DNA from: an uncultured Candidatus Rokubacteria bacterium
GTDB taxonomy: Bacteria > Methylomirabilota > Methylomirabilia > Rokubacteriales > DASRDR01
DNA length: 64,000 nucleotides
Assembly: GCA_963826115.1 (NCBI GenBank)
Contig: CAWGVS010000006.1
Location: forward strand, 736,001 to 800,000
Direction of reading: 5' to 3'
Position numbers and translations under genes: made by a program. Under the pieces are notes generated by a model that saw nothing but the letters and a program-made list of their open reading frames with translations, did no database searches and was not told the origin of the DNA. Within the stretch, counting starts at the first letter, position 1, and every line of letters begins with the position of its first letter. This document shows, piece by piece, positions 30,566-40,350 of the stretch.

Positions 30566-31158
30566 ATGAACATGGCTCGACCACGTCTGGTCGTTCTCGG
30601 CGCACTGATCCTGGCCATGATGTCGGCCGCCGGGCCGACGAGCAGCCCGGACACACGCACCCGCCCGGGACGCCACCCCACGAGCATCCGGCGACGCCCG
30701 TCCGGATCACGATGCAGGAGCTCCACCGCCATGGGGGCGTCCCGCCCGGCTGGCGCTTCGCGGTGCCGACCGGGGATCCGAACGAAGGCCGAGCCGTCTT
30801 CGTGAAGCTCGAATGCTTCACGTGTCACGCCGTGAAGGGGGAGCCCTTCCCGTCGAAGTCGAAGACAGCGGAGGACGTCGGGCCCGATCTGACGGGGATG
30901 GGGAGCCATCACCCGGCCGCATACTTCGCGGAGAGCCTCGTGAACCCGAACGCCGTCATCGTGACGGGCCCCGGATATACCGGATCGGACGGGCTGTCGC
31001 GGATGCCGGACTACGGCGACGTCCTGACCGTCCGCCAGCTGGTCGATCTGGTCGCCTACCTCAAGAGCCTCACGGGGGATCACGGCGCCATGCCGATGCA
31101 GCGCGGCGCCGCGCCACACGGGCAGGGCACCACCAAACCCGGCAAGGCCACGCCCTAG
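30566..31158 (+). CDS. Monoheme c-type cytochrome (SoxX-like) with His/Pro N-terminal arm; indel ~30630-30655
   Basis: GDPNEGRAVF...CFTCH, GPDL, SRMP, DLVAYL. Confidence 0.88.
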
Positions 31159-32086
31159 CGGCGGTGCCGGAGCGCGGCGGTCATCGCCGCGATGTGCTCG
31201 ACGGACAGCCCGCAGCACCCGCCCACGATCCGGACGCCCGCATCCACCCAGGCGACGCACGCCCGGGCGAAGTCGGCCGGCGCGATGATGTCCTCGAACT
31301 TGCCAGTCGGGCATCTTGAAATGACCGGAGTCCGGATAGGCCATGAGCGGCCCCGACCAGTGGGCGCGCAGGATCTCGAGCGCCGGTCCCATCGTCTGGA
31401 TGTTCGTGTGCATCAGCCCCGCGACTTCGCCGCCGTGCGCGAGGATCTGCGGCACGACCTCGCCGAACGGAAAGCTCTCGCGTACGTAGGAGACGATCCT
31501 GCCCGCCTCCGAGCGCGCCGACAGCCCGATCCACACCGGCAGCCCGGTCTCGCGCGCGGCCTCGATCGCGAGCCGAGCGCGCTGCGGATGCGACATCATC
31601 TCCATCAGGAGGAGATCGCAGCCCGCGGACGCAAGCGTCGCCGGCGAGCTCGCGGAAGCTCTCCCGGAGCGTCGCCTCGCTAGGCACCCGTGACGGATCG
31701 GCCACCGCGGCCCCCTGGGTCACGGGGATCATGTGGGAGATGGAGCCCGCCACCACCACCGGGCGACCATCGGCGGCGCGGTCTCGCGCCTCGAGCGCGA
31801 TCTCGACCGATCGGCGGGCCAGCCGCGCCGCGCGATCGGCCCGACCCGAGAGGCCGAGCAGCACGCGCGAGGTCGAGAACGTGTTGGCGGTGATGACGTC
31901 CGCCCCCGCGCGGATGTAGTCCTCGTGGATCGCCCGCAGCAGGTGTGGATGGGACTCGGTCGCGAGCGCGCACCACGCATCGTCGTCCATCGGCGCCCCG
32001 CGCCACTGGAGCTCGGTTCCGGTGGCCCCGTCGAGGAAGACGACCCGTCCCGCCGCGAGCCGTTCTCGAATCGCCGCCATGCTCAT
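31155..32086 (-). CDS. Homocysteine S-methyltransferase family protein (two indels)
   Basis: FLDGATGTEL, HEDYIRAGADVITANTF, AGSIS, AYPDSG, IVGGCCG. Confidence 0.9.
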
Positions 32087-32124
32087 CGCGATCCTCCGCC
32101 GACCGGGAGCGCCCGCGTGCCGGC

Positions 32125-32535
32125 CTAGCGGAGGCCGCCCAGCCGGCGGACGAGCTTCCACTCGGCGTCGGTGACCGGCTGGACGGACAGCCGCGACTGG
32201 CGTACCAGCACCATGCCGGCGAGGCGCTTGTCGGCCTTGATCTGCTCGAGGCTGACCGCCTTCGGGAGCGGCTCGACCGCGGCGACGTCGATGGCCTGCC
32301 AGTCCCGGTCGGTGGAGTCCGGGTGCGCCTCGGCGACGACGGTGACGATCCCGACGACCGCGCGCTCCTTGCCGGTGTGGTAGAAGAACGCCCGCTCGCC
32401 CTTCTTCATGGCGCGGAGGTTGCGCTGGGCGGTGTGGTTGCGGATGCCGGTCCACTCGGCGCCCTTGGCGCCGCTCGCGACCTGCTTCGCCCACGACCAG
32501 TCGTCGGGCTCGGACTTGAGGAGCCAGTACGCCAT
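32125..32535 (-). CDS. EVE-domain protein
   Basis: YWLLKSEP, WTGIRNHTA, FFYHTG, RLSVQPV. Confidence 0.95.
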   Translation of the reverse strand: MAYWLLKSEPDDWSWAKQVASGAKGAEWTGIRNHTAQRNLRAMKKGERAFFYHTGKERAVVGIVTVVAEAHPDSTDRDWQAIDVAAVEPLPKAVSLEQIKADKRLAGMVLVRQSRLSVQPVTDAEWKLVRRLGGLR

Positions 32536-32743
32536 GCCGCGCGATCCTCCTGCCGCTCCGGGGCCGAGTGGCCGCACGGGGCCGCGGCCCCACAGTAGCC
32601 GACCTCACGAGCTTCGTCGATCCGTCGCCACCGGGTGAGTGGGGAGCGAGCGCGGGGCGCTCGGTGCCGGCCACCCCGCGATCCCCTCGGGTGGGCAGTG
32701 GCGTTCAGGCATCAGGACTATCCACATCTGGACGGAGCCAACC

Positions 32744-32772
32744 TTGACCCATGGGCGGCCCCGGGCTAGTCT
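32744..32772 (+). promoter_or_regulatory. Sigma70 promoter of the cyclase gene
   Basis: TTGACC-17 bp-TAGTCT, 12 nt before the ATG at 32784. Confidence 0.6.
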
Positions 32773-32783
32773 GTGCCGCTGCC

Positions 32784-35700
32784 ATGGAGTCGAAGTGCCA
32801 GGCCTGTGGCGCCATCGTGCAGCCGGCCAGCCGGTTCTGCCAGGCCTGTGGGCGGCGGCTTCCGGTCGTTTCCTCTCCCGCGCTGCGCACCGCGACGCCG
32901 CTGGCGTACACGCCCCCGCACCTGGCCGAGCGCATCCTGACCACGCGCGCGGCGCTGGAGGGCGAGCACAAGCGCCTGACCGTGCTCTTCTGCGACATCA
33001 CGGAATCGAGCGTCGTGACGCAGCGCCTGGGATCGGAGGGCGCGTACGAGCTCATGAGCCGATTCTTCGAGGTGGCGCTCCGGGAAGTGCATCGCTACGA
33101 GGGGACCATCAACCAGTTCCTGGGCGACGGCTTCATGGCGCTGTTCGGCGCTCCGCTGGCCATCGAGCACCACGAGCGCCAGGCGCTTCTCGCCGCGCTG
33201 GCCATCCGTCAGGCCCTCAGGGAGGCCTTCGCGGACGCGGGGCCCGTCTCCGGCAGCCCGTTGCAGGTGCGGATGGGTATCAACACCGGGTTCGTCGTCG
33301 TCGGGAAGATCGGCGACAACCTCCGGATGGACTACACGGCGATCGGCCACACGACGAACGTCGCGGCGCGCCTTCAGGGTCACGCGACTCCCGGCGCGAT
33401 CCTCGTCAGCCAGGCGACCTACGAGCGCGTCGAGTCCTTCGTCGAGAGCGAGGCGCTGGGCTCGATCGATCTCAAGGGGACCGGTCCCGTCGTCGCGCAC
33501 CGCCTGCTGGGGCTTCGACCGTCGCGCTCCACGCTCGAGGGGCCGCGCGACCGCACGCTCAGCCCGTTCGTCGGGCGCGAGCGCGAGCTGGACGTGCTGC
33601 AGGACGCGCTGACTCACCTGGAGGCGGGCCGGGGCCACGCGGTGGGGATCGTGGGCGAGGCCGGGATCGGCAAGTCGCGGCTCCTCGCCGAGTTCCGGCA
33701 GTCCTTGACCGGCCGCCGGTTCACCTACCTCGAGGGCCGCTGCCCGTCCTACGGCGCGTCGATTCCGTGGCTGCCCGTCATCGACTTCCTGCGCGCGAAC
33801 TGCCGTCTCGTGGACACCGACCCTCCGGAGCTGGTGGCCCGAAAGCTGGGCGATGCCCTTCGCGAGGTCGGGATGGATGCCGACGAGGCGGCGCCCCTCC
33901 TCATGCATCTCTGTGGGCTCAAGGACGCGACCGGGCCACTGGAAGGCCTGAGCCCGGAGATGATCAAGGCGCGCACGTTCGACGTCCTGCGCCAGCTCGC
34001 CCTCCGCGGCAGCCGGCTCCGTCCGATCATCTTCGTGATCGAGGACCTGCACTGGATCGACCAGACCTCGGAGGAGTTCCTCGCGACGCTCGCCGACCGG
34101 CTCGTGGGCGCGCCCATCCTGATGATCACGACATACCGGCACGGCTACACCCCCCGATGGATCGATCGTTCCTACACGACGCAGCTCGCGGTCCGCCCGC
34201 TGACCGAGCAGGCCGGTGTCCAGCTGGTCCGCTCCGTGCTCGAGTCGGGCGGAACGGCCGACGCCCTGGTCGGCGTGATCGTCGGCCGCGCCGAGGGCAA
34301 TCCGCTGTTCCTGGAGGAGCTGGCGCGGACGGCCCGCCAGCATCCCGGCGAGTCGGCCGAGTCCACGGTGCCCGAGACCCTTCACGACGTTCTGGCCGCC
34401 CGGATCGACCGCCTCCCGGACGAGGCCAAGAGCATCCTGCAGGTGGCCTCCGTCCTGGGCCGGGAATTCCCGATGCGGCTGCTCGCCGCAGTGACCGGGC
34501 TGACGGACGGTCTCGAGGGGCAGCTCCGCGACCTGACGCGACTCGAGTTCCTGTACGAGTACAGCTGGACCGCGGAGCCGATGTTTGCGTTCACGCACGC
34601 GCTCACCCGGGACGCGGCGTACGCGAGCATGCTCGATAGCAGGCGCCGGCAGTATCACCTGGCGGCGGGGCAGGCGCTCGAGGAGGCGCACCGCGATCGT
34701 CCGGACGAGGTCGTGGAGGTCCTCGCCCGGCACTTCGGCCTGAGCCCCGACGACGACCGAGCGGTCGCGTACGCGTTGCGCGCCGCCGAGAAGGCGCAGC
34801 GTCGCTGGGCGAACGCCGAGGCGATTCGGCACTTCGACTCCGCCCTGCAGCGACTCGCGCGCGGCCCGGACACGCCGGCCAGCCGGCGGCGACGGGTGGA
34901 GGCGCTGGTCAAGCAGTCCGAGGTCCGCTTCGCGCTGGGCGAGCAGGCGCAGCACCTCCAGGCGCTCCAGGACATCGGCCCCCTCGTCGACGAGGCGACC
35001 GAGCCGAACATTCGGGCGTCCTGGCACTACTGGGTGGGCTTCCTGCACAGCATGACGGGAGGGCCTCCGGCCGAGGCGATCGAGCACTGTCGTGCCGCGG
35101 CCGCCGTCGCGGACGGCGCCGGCCTCGAGGAGACGCGGGCGCTCGCCGACACGTGCCTGGCGCAGGTCTCCTTCTTCGCCGGCGACCTCCGGAGCGCGCG
35201 CGACGCCGGCGAGCGCGCCCTCGGCGTCTTCGAGGCGCGCGCCAATCACTGGATGGCGTGCCGCGCGCTCTCGCACCTGAGCCCGACGGCCAACGCGCTC
35301 GGGGCCTGGGCCGACGGCCTCGGGTTCTGCCGGCGCGCGCTCGAGCACGCCGAGGCCGTCGACGATCTACGGCTCAGGATATCCGCGCTGATCCGGACGG
35401 CGTCCACCCATATCCAGCGCGGCGCGTGGGAGGAGGGCGTTCGGCTCTGCGACGATGCCCTCGCGCTCGGGCCGAGCCCGTTCGACGACGCCGCGGCCCG
35501 GGCGATCAGGGGCCACGGGCTTGCGCGAGGCGGCCGGTTCGACGAGGGCATCCGCTTGCTGTCGGACGCGCTGACCTGGTGGGAGCGCGCCAAGGTCCGC
35601 TTTACCCGCACCCAGTTCGCCCTGTGGCTGGCGGAGGCGCACGTGAAGGCCAGAGACCTCGAGAGCGCGAGGTCGCTGGCCGACGAGGCCCTCGCGACCA

Positions 35701-36011
35701 GCCGCGAGCTGGGCTATCGATACCTCGAGGGCATCGCGGCGCGTCTCCGCGGCGAATGCCGCGCCTCCGGCGATCCGGCCGGGGCGGCGGAGGATCTCGA
35801 AGCGGCGGCCCGGATCCTCGAGGAGATCGGCGCCCGCAACGAGCTGGCCAAGACCTGGCTCGCCCAGGCGGGTCTGTCGAGGAGCTCCGATCGCGCGGCC
35901 GCGGAGGCCGCGGCCGCGCGCGCCCGCGCGACGCTGCGGGAGCTGGGAACGCTCGAGGCGGATCGGGAGATCGAGTCCGGGCGGGCCTCGGGTCTCTCGC
36001 CGTCCCCATGA
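32784..36011 (+). CDS. Zinc ribbon-class III adenylate/guanylate cyclase-AAA ATPase-TPR protein
   Basis: CQAC/CQAC, LFCDI, FLGDG, NVAARL, GEAGIGKS, IEDLHW, GNPLF, helical repeats. Confidence 0.95.
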   Translation: MESKCQACGAIVQPASRFCQACGRRLPVVSSPALRTATPLAYTPPHLAERILTTRAALEGEHKRLTVLFCDITESSVVTQRLGSEGAYELMSRFFEVALREVHRYEGTINQFLGDGFMALFGAPLAIEHHERQALLAALAIRQALREAFADAGPVSGSPLQVRMGINTGFVVVGKIGDNLRMDYTAIGHTTNVAARLQGHATPGAILVSQATYERVESFVESEALGSIDLKGTGPVVAHRLLGLRPSRSTLEGPRDRTLSPFVGRERELDVLQDALTHLEAGRGHAVGIVGEAGIGKSRLLAEFRQSLTGRRFTYLEGRCPSYGASIPWLPVIDFLRANCRLVDTDPPELVARKLGDALREVGMDADEAAPLLMHLCGLKDATGPLEGLSPEMIKARTFDVLRQLALRGSRLRPIIFVIEDLHWIDQTSEEFLATLADRLVGAPILMITTYRHGYTPRWIDRSYTTQLAVRPLTEQAGVQLVRSVLESGGTADALVGVIVGRAEGNPLFLEELARTARQHPGESAESTVPETLHDVLAARIDRLPDEAKSILQVASVLGREFPMRLLAAVTGLTDGLEGQLRDLTRLEFLYEYSWTAEPMFAFTHALTRDAAYASMLDSRRRQYHLAAGQALEEAHRDRPDEVVEVLARHFGLSPDDDRAVAYALRAAEKAQRRWANAEAIRHFDSALQRLARGPDTPASRRRRVEALVKQSEVRFALGEQAQHLQALQDIGPLVDEATEPNIRASWHYWVGFLHSMTGGPPAEAIEHCRAAAAVADGAGLEETRALADTCLAQVSFFAGDLRSARDAGERALGVFEARANHWMACRALSHLSPTANALGAWADGLGFCRRALEHAEAVDDLRLRISALIRTASTHIQRGAWEEGVRLCDDALALGPSPFDDAAARAIRGHGLARGGRFDEGIRLLSDALTWWERAKVRFTRTQFALWLAEAHVKARDLESARSLADEALATSRELGYRYLEGIAARLRGECRASGDPAGAAEDLEAAARILEEIGARNELAKTWLAQAGLSRSSDRAAAEAAAARARATLRELGTLEADREIESGRASGLSPSP

Positions 36012-36052
36012 GCACTACTGTCGGTCGAGGTCCGTCGAAGACCGCCTGACGA

Positions 36053-36700
36053 ATGGCGGGAGGCTCTCAAACTTCTAGCGGCGGACCTCTCCGCCAGAGG
36101 GGGAAGCGATGCCCGGTGACTGGACGCGTCGATGAGGATAGCCCGAACCCGCTGGACCGGCTGGGGCAGAAGATCATCTTCGGATGGAACGCCTACTCCA
36201 AGCACAGTCGGCCTCAGCGCGAGAACAACTGGGACACGACGATACCGAACAATGACAACACCGCGGGCAAGAACTGGTCGTTTCGCGCAGAGACCTTCAG
36301 CATTCAGAGCTCACTCCTGCTTCCGTACTACATCACGGACTCGGACGGTGACCAGGTAGGCGAGCATCTGCTATTCGGCTGGAGCTCGACCGGAGTCGCC
36401 GAAGCGCCGGCGAACTGGCCTGACATCACCATTCCGGCCAACTTTGCGGTCGACACGGCCAAGCTGGCAAAGATCATCCTGTTCGACAGGAATCCCTTCG
36501 GCCAGTCGAACCAGGTGGTCAGGAAGATCTCGGGGTGGCCCAGCAAGGTCAGGAAAGACTTCCGCTGGGCGGAATGGTCACACGGCGCGCTCAGGTACCG
36601 GATCGAGAAGAGCGTCGTCGTTCCATGGTGCTTGGTCACGGCGGGCCCGACGGTTCGGCATAACCTGCTCGTCGGTTACGTCGGGGGTGGCGGCTACTAG
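36053..36700 (+). CDS. Hypothetical protein, lower GC; start uncertain (possibly GTG 36116)
   Basis: Protein-like composition (W/N/K-rich), ends LLVGYVGGGGY. Confidence 0.65.
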   Translation: MAGGSQTSSGGPLRQRGKRCPVTGRVDEDSPNPLDRLGQKIIFGWNAYSKHSRPQRENNWDTTIPNNDNTAGKNWSFRAETFSIQSSLLLPYYITDSDGDQVGEHLLFGWSSTGVAEAPANWPDITIPANFAVDTAKLAKIILFDRNPFGQSNQVVRKISGWPSKVRKDFRWAEWSHGALRYRIEKSVVVPWCLVTAGPTVRHNLLVGYVGGGGY

Positions 36701-36770
36701 GTCGAGAGCGACGGGCGTTCATTCTCCGGCCGGATGCCAGGGCGCAAACCCATCGCCCTGGCATCCGGGC

Positions 36771-38126
36771 CTAGTGCGTCAATTGTTCAAGGCGCGTCAC
36801 GATCCTGTCTTTGGAGTCTTGGTCCAGATGATCCCGGTCCGGGGGCATGAATCCTTGCTTCACCAGGATCAGCATGACCTTCCGGCGGGCCAGCACTGCC
36901 TCCTTGTCGAAGACGTGATACGCGAGAGAGCTGTGGCAGCGGAAGCAGAGCCTGTTGAGATCGGCGAGGAGCGCGGCGTCCTCTGAGCCCTGCCACGTGG
37001 CTCCCATCGGGTGAGACGACGGGATCGGGCGCTCGATCGGCAGGAGGAAGGTTACCGTGCTGGCATGGCGGATGAGCCAGTTCTGAACCGCTCGACACTG
37101 AAACGCGGCGGGCGCGATCGAGCAGTTCTGCGCCTGTATCTCGAGGTTGATCTGCCGGATCGTCCTGAACGCGCGGGCGAACGCGTCCGTCAGCGGATCC
37201 CGCCCGCCGTCGAAAATCACGCCGTGGAGGCTCTGGGTCAGAACATGCGAGAAGTCGTCCTGGATCTGCACCCGATCGTTCCAGTGGTCCGTGTCCAGGT
37301 AGTTGAGCATCTCCCGCTCGGTCGCGCCACCGTGACACTGAACGCAAGCAGCGGGCACATAGTAGGGCGTACAGGAGGTGTGTGCGGACACGTCACCGTC
37401 GAACGTCGCGCAGAGATGGTCCCCGACTAGGTAGCCCTCCTGGCCAGGCTGGTACACAAGGAAGTACGCGCGCCGTCCGCTGGCATCGGGCAAGTCCCGG
37501 ACGAGGATGACTTGATTGTTCACCGACGGATTCACGAAGGGATCCTCGGGGAGCCGCGCCGACGGCTGAAAGACGTTGAAGAGCAGGAACATGCTGACGA
37601 TCCCGGCGTCCGCCGCGCGAGATCCCGGGAGAGCGCGAAGTCGAACGAGCTTGCGCCACCCGTAGTGGTCCGGGGGTGGCTGCTGCTGGCCGCTGCTCAC
37701 CGGCGTCGCCACCGTCGTGATCTTCGGAGCGAAGAATCGGCTTGCGAGGACGTCGCCCGAAGGGAACGCGGCCATGATCGTGGCGGGATGGGTCGTCTCC
37801 AGGTACGATGGAGTCAGAGCCCCGTATCCCACGTAGGCGAGGATGTTCTCCAGTCGAGACGTCGTGACGTCGAGACCCAGGGGTGTCGAGATATCTCGAT
37901 AGTAGACGTCGGCGTCGTTCGGATTCCCATGGACGACGCGGAGCTCGATCGCGCCGTTCGGCGCGACATCGAGCCAGCGGGTTCTCATGGGCGGGTTCGA
38001 CCCCGTAGCTCCCTCAAGGGCTAGACAGAGAGCAAGAATACAGCTAGCGACGATTAGTGAGACTCGGAGCGACCCGCGGGGCCGAGGATCAGCGTCAGGC
38101 TCAGCCTTCACCGGCCAGTGCGCCAT
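36771..38126 (-). CDS. Exported di-heme c-type cytochrome-like hypothetical protein
   Basis: N-terminal hydrophobic segment, CVQCH and CFRCH, distal MPP; GGAGG RBS. Confidence 0.75.
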   Translation of the reverse strand: MAHWPVKAEPDADPRPRGSLRVSLIVASCILALCLALEGATGSNPPMRTRWLDVAPNGAIELRVVHGNPNDADVYYRDISTPLGLDVTTSRLENILAYVGYGALTPSYLETTHPATIMAAFPSGDVLASRFFAPKITTVATPVSSGQQQPPPDHYGWRKLVRLRALPGSRAADAGIVSMFLLFNVFQPSARLPEDPFVNPSVNNQVILVRDLPDASGRRAYFLVYQPGQEGYLVGDHLCATFDGDVSAHTSCTPYYVPAACVQCHGGATEREMLNYLDTDHWNDRVQIQDDFSHVLTQSLHGVIFDGGRDPLTDAFARAFRTIRQINLEIQAQNCSIAPAAFQCRAVQNWLIRHASTVTFLLPIERPIPSSHPMGATWQGSEDAALLADLNRLCFRCHSSLAYHVFDKEAVLARRKVMLILVKQGFMPPDRDHLDQDSKDRIVTRLEQLTH

Positions 38127-38248
38127 GGCGTTCCTCCGGGCCCCACTGTAGCCGACCGGCCGGGCCGAGTCGATCTGCCGCCGACCAGCTGTTGCGCCGC
38201 CGCCCGCGATTGGATGACCCGACCCGGGCTCGTGTGGCGAGCGCGGCC

Positions 38249-38282
38249 TTCACGATGGGCGCGCCATCTGTTAAATTCAGAT
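38249..38282 (+). promoter_or_regulatory. Sigma70 promoter overlapped by a palindrome
   Basis: TTCACG-17 bp-TAAATT with extended TG; ATCTG-N7-CAGAT at 38266-38282. Confidence 0.55.
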
Positions 38283-38329
38283 TTTGCGGCCAGGGCGATC
38301 CGAGCCATGCGGAGCGGCGTGACAAGACC

Positions 38330-38551
38330 ATGACGGGCAAGGCCATCCAGGACCTCGTGGGGCGCGTGATGCTCGACCGGGACTTCCTCGCGGAGCTCGT
38401 GCGCGATCCCGACCGGATCCTCGCCGGCTACGCGCTCACCCCCGACGAGCGCGCCATCGTGCTGGAGGCCCTCGGCCGCGGAGCTCCGGTCTCGGCGGGC
38501 GAGGGCGCGCAGGACCTCCGGGACACCGTGCTCAAGCGCTGGGCCACCTAG
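38330..38551 (+). CDS. Os1348/Franean1_4349-like (NHLP-clan) RiPP-precursor-like small protein
   Basis: AIQDLVGRVMLDRDFLAELVRDPDRILAGYALTPDERAIV leader-like pattern. Confidence 0.7.
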   Translation: MTGKAIQDLVGRVMLDRDFLAELVRDPDRILAGYALTPDERAIVLEALGRGAPVSAGEGAQDLRDTVLKRWAT

Positions 38552-38561
38552 GCCGGCGGCC

Positions 38562-39065
38562 ATGCTGGACCCGCGCGCCGGCGTCGATTTCCTCCGCCGA
38601 GTCCCGCTCTTCCACGACCTCGAGGAGACGGTGCTCCGCGCCCTCTGGCCGAGCTTCCGCGAGCGGCGCCTCCGGCGGGGCGACGTGCTCTTCCGCATCG
38701 GCGATCCGGGCGAGGAGCTCTTCCTCCTGAAGGAGGGGAGCATCGTCGTCTCGAAGCCGGTGACCGGTCGGGTCGAGCAGGTGCTGGCGCGCATCGAGCC
38801 GGGCGAGGCGTTCGGCGAGATGAGCGTGTTCGGCGACGAGCGCCACCGCTCGGCGACGTGCCAGGCCGAGGCCGACGCCGTGCTCTACAGCCTCGACCGG
38901 GTGAGCCTCGACCGCTTCATCGCGAGCGATCCGATGGTGGCTGCCCGGTTCTTCCAGCACATGGCGCAGGCGGCGTTCCGGCGGCTCCGCGACTCGTCCG
39001 ACCTGGTCGCCGAGGTCACCCGCTGGGGGCTCGAGGCCACGGGCCTGGACGTCGAGCACGGGTAG
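38562..39065 (+). CDS. Stand-alone cyclic-nucleotide-binding domain protein
   Basis: VPLFHDL, LFRIGDPGEELF, FGEMS...RSAT; no HTH. Confidence 0.92.
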   Translation: MLDPRAGVDFLRRVPLFHDLEETVLRALWPSFRERRLRRGDVLFRIGDPGEELFLLKEGSIVVSKPVTGRVEQVLARIEPGEAFGEMSVFGDERHRSATCQAEADAVLYSLDRVSLDRFIASDPMVAARFFQHMAQAAFRRLRDSSDLVAEVTRWGLEATGLDVEHG

Positions 39066-39101
39066 CTCCCGCCGCCCGCGGGCCCGCCTCGCGACACGAC
39101 G

Positions 39102-40331
39102 GTGACGACCCGGCCGAAGCGCGCCCGCCTGGAGCTGCTCGTCCGTCAGACGGACGGGGAAGGCTTCCAGGTCCGGGAGATCCCGAGCGCCGCCGCCTAC
39201 CTCCACAGCCGGCCCCAGCGGATTCCCGACGGGGACTGGGAGCTGGCGCGGCTCCCGTACGTCGCGCGGGGCGGCGCCACCTACGCGCTCAAGAATGTCC
39301 GCAACGAGGAGATCATCCAGATCACCGAGGCGGAGCGGTTTCTCTGGGACCAGATGGACGGGCGGGCCTCGCTCCAGGAGATCGCCACCGCGTACCTCCT
39401 GGCCCACGGCGCGTTCGACTTCGAGGTCATTCCTACCCTGATCGTGAAGCTCCTGCGGGCCGACCTCCTGACCATGCGCCCGGTCTCGCGGCTGCGGGCG
39501 GTCCTCGCCCGGAACCGCCGGAACGCGGCCGCCCGCGCGATGGAGGGGACGCTCCACGCGCTCGAGCGGCTCACCGTGGCGAGCCGGCGGGCGCACGACG
39601 TCTTCGCGCGCGCGTATCGCCGCGGCGGCTTCCTCCTCTTCTCGCCGCTGGCGGTGCTCGCGCTCGTCGCCGTGACGGGCCTGGGCGCGTGGAGCGCGGT
39701 CCGCATCTGGCACGAGCTGGGCGAGGTGACTCACGGGCTCGCGATGCACCCGGTGATCGCGATTCTCCTCGTGAAGGCCGTCTTCTGGCTCACGGTCATC
39801 AACCACCAGGTGATCCACGCGCTGGCGTGCGTCCACTACGGGCGTCGGGTGCGCGAGTTCGGCTTCACGCTCCTGCACGGCTTCATCCCGACGTTCTACG
39901 CGGACGTCACCGACATCTTCATGGCGAGCCGGCGGGCGCGGATCGTCACCGCGGTGTCCGGCCCGCTGTTCCACCTGTTCATGGGGTCGCTCTGCCTCTG
40001 GATCGGAGCGATGCTGGCCCCGGGGCTCCTCCAGGGGTTCCTGGTCGCCTCGGCGATCCTCCAGCTCCAGTCGTTCCTGGTGAGCCTCTACCCGTTCTGC
40101 TTCCTCGAGATGGACGGCTACCACCTCCTGGTGGAGTGGCTCGGCATCCCGACGCTCAACCACGACGCCGTCCGCTTCGTCCACGAGTCGCTGTGGGGGC
40201 GCCTCCGGGATCTCGACCCCCTGACGCGCCGCGAGACCGTCTACATCGCCTACTACGCGCTGTCGCTCGTGTCGGTGACGGCTCTCGTCCTCGGGACGCT
40301 CTGGCTCCTGGTCCTCGCGGGCGAGGCCTGA
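39102..40331 (+). CDS. PqqD/RRE-like domain fused to an M50 site-2-peptidase-like membrane domain with altered motif HQxxH
   Basis: ITEAERFLWDQMDGRASLQEI (wHTH RRE-like); HQVIHALAC, FYADVTD, SGP, MDGY. Confidence 0.75.
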   Translation: MTTRPKRARLELLVRQTDGEGFQVREIPSAAAYLHSRPQRIPDGDWELARLPYVARGGATYALKNVRNEEIIQITEAERFLWDQMDGRASLQEIATAYLLAHGAFDFEVIPTLIVKLLRADLLTMRPVSRLRAVLARNRRNAAARAMEGTLHALERLTVASRRAHDVFARAYRRGGFLLFSPLAVLALVAVTGLGAWSAVRIWHELGEVTHGLAMHPVIAILLVKAVFWLTVINHQVIHALACVHYGRRVREFGFTLLHGFIPTFYADVTDIFMASRRARIVTAVSGPLFHLFMGSLCLWIGAMLAPGLLQGFLVASAILQLQSFLVSLYPFCFLEMDGYHLLVEWLGIPTLNHDAVRFVHESLWGRLRDLDPLTRRETVYIAYYALSLVSVTALVLGTLWLLVLAGEA

Positions 40332-40350
40332 CGGCGGCGGGCCGACCGCG

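Noticed and set aside
32125-36011. EVE domain next to a cyclase-ATPase-TPR gene as an anti-phage system
   Set aside because: The genes are divergent, both families are common stand-alone genes in such genomes, and no nuclease or effector is attached
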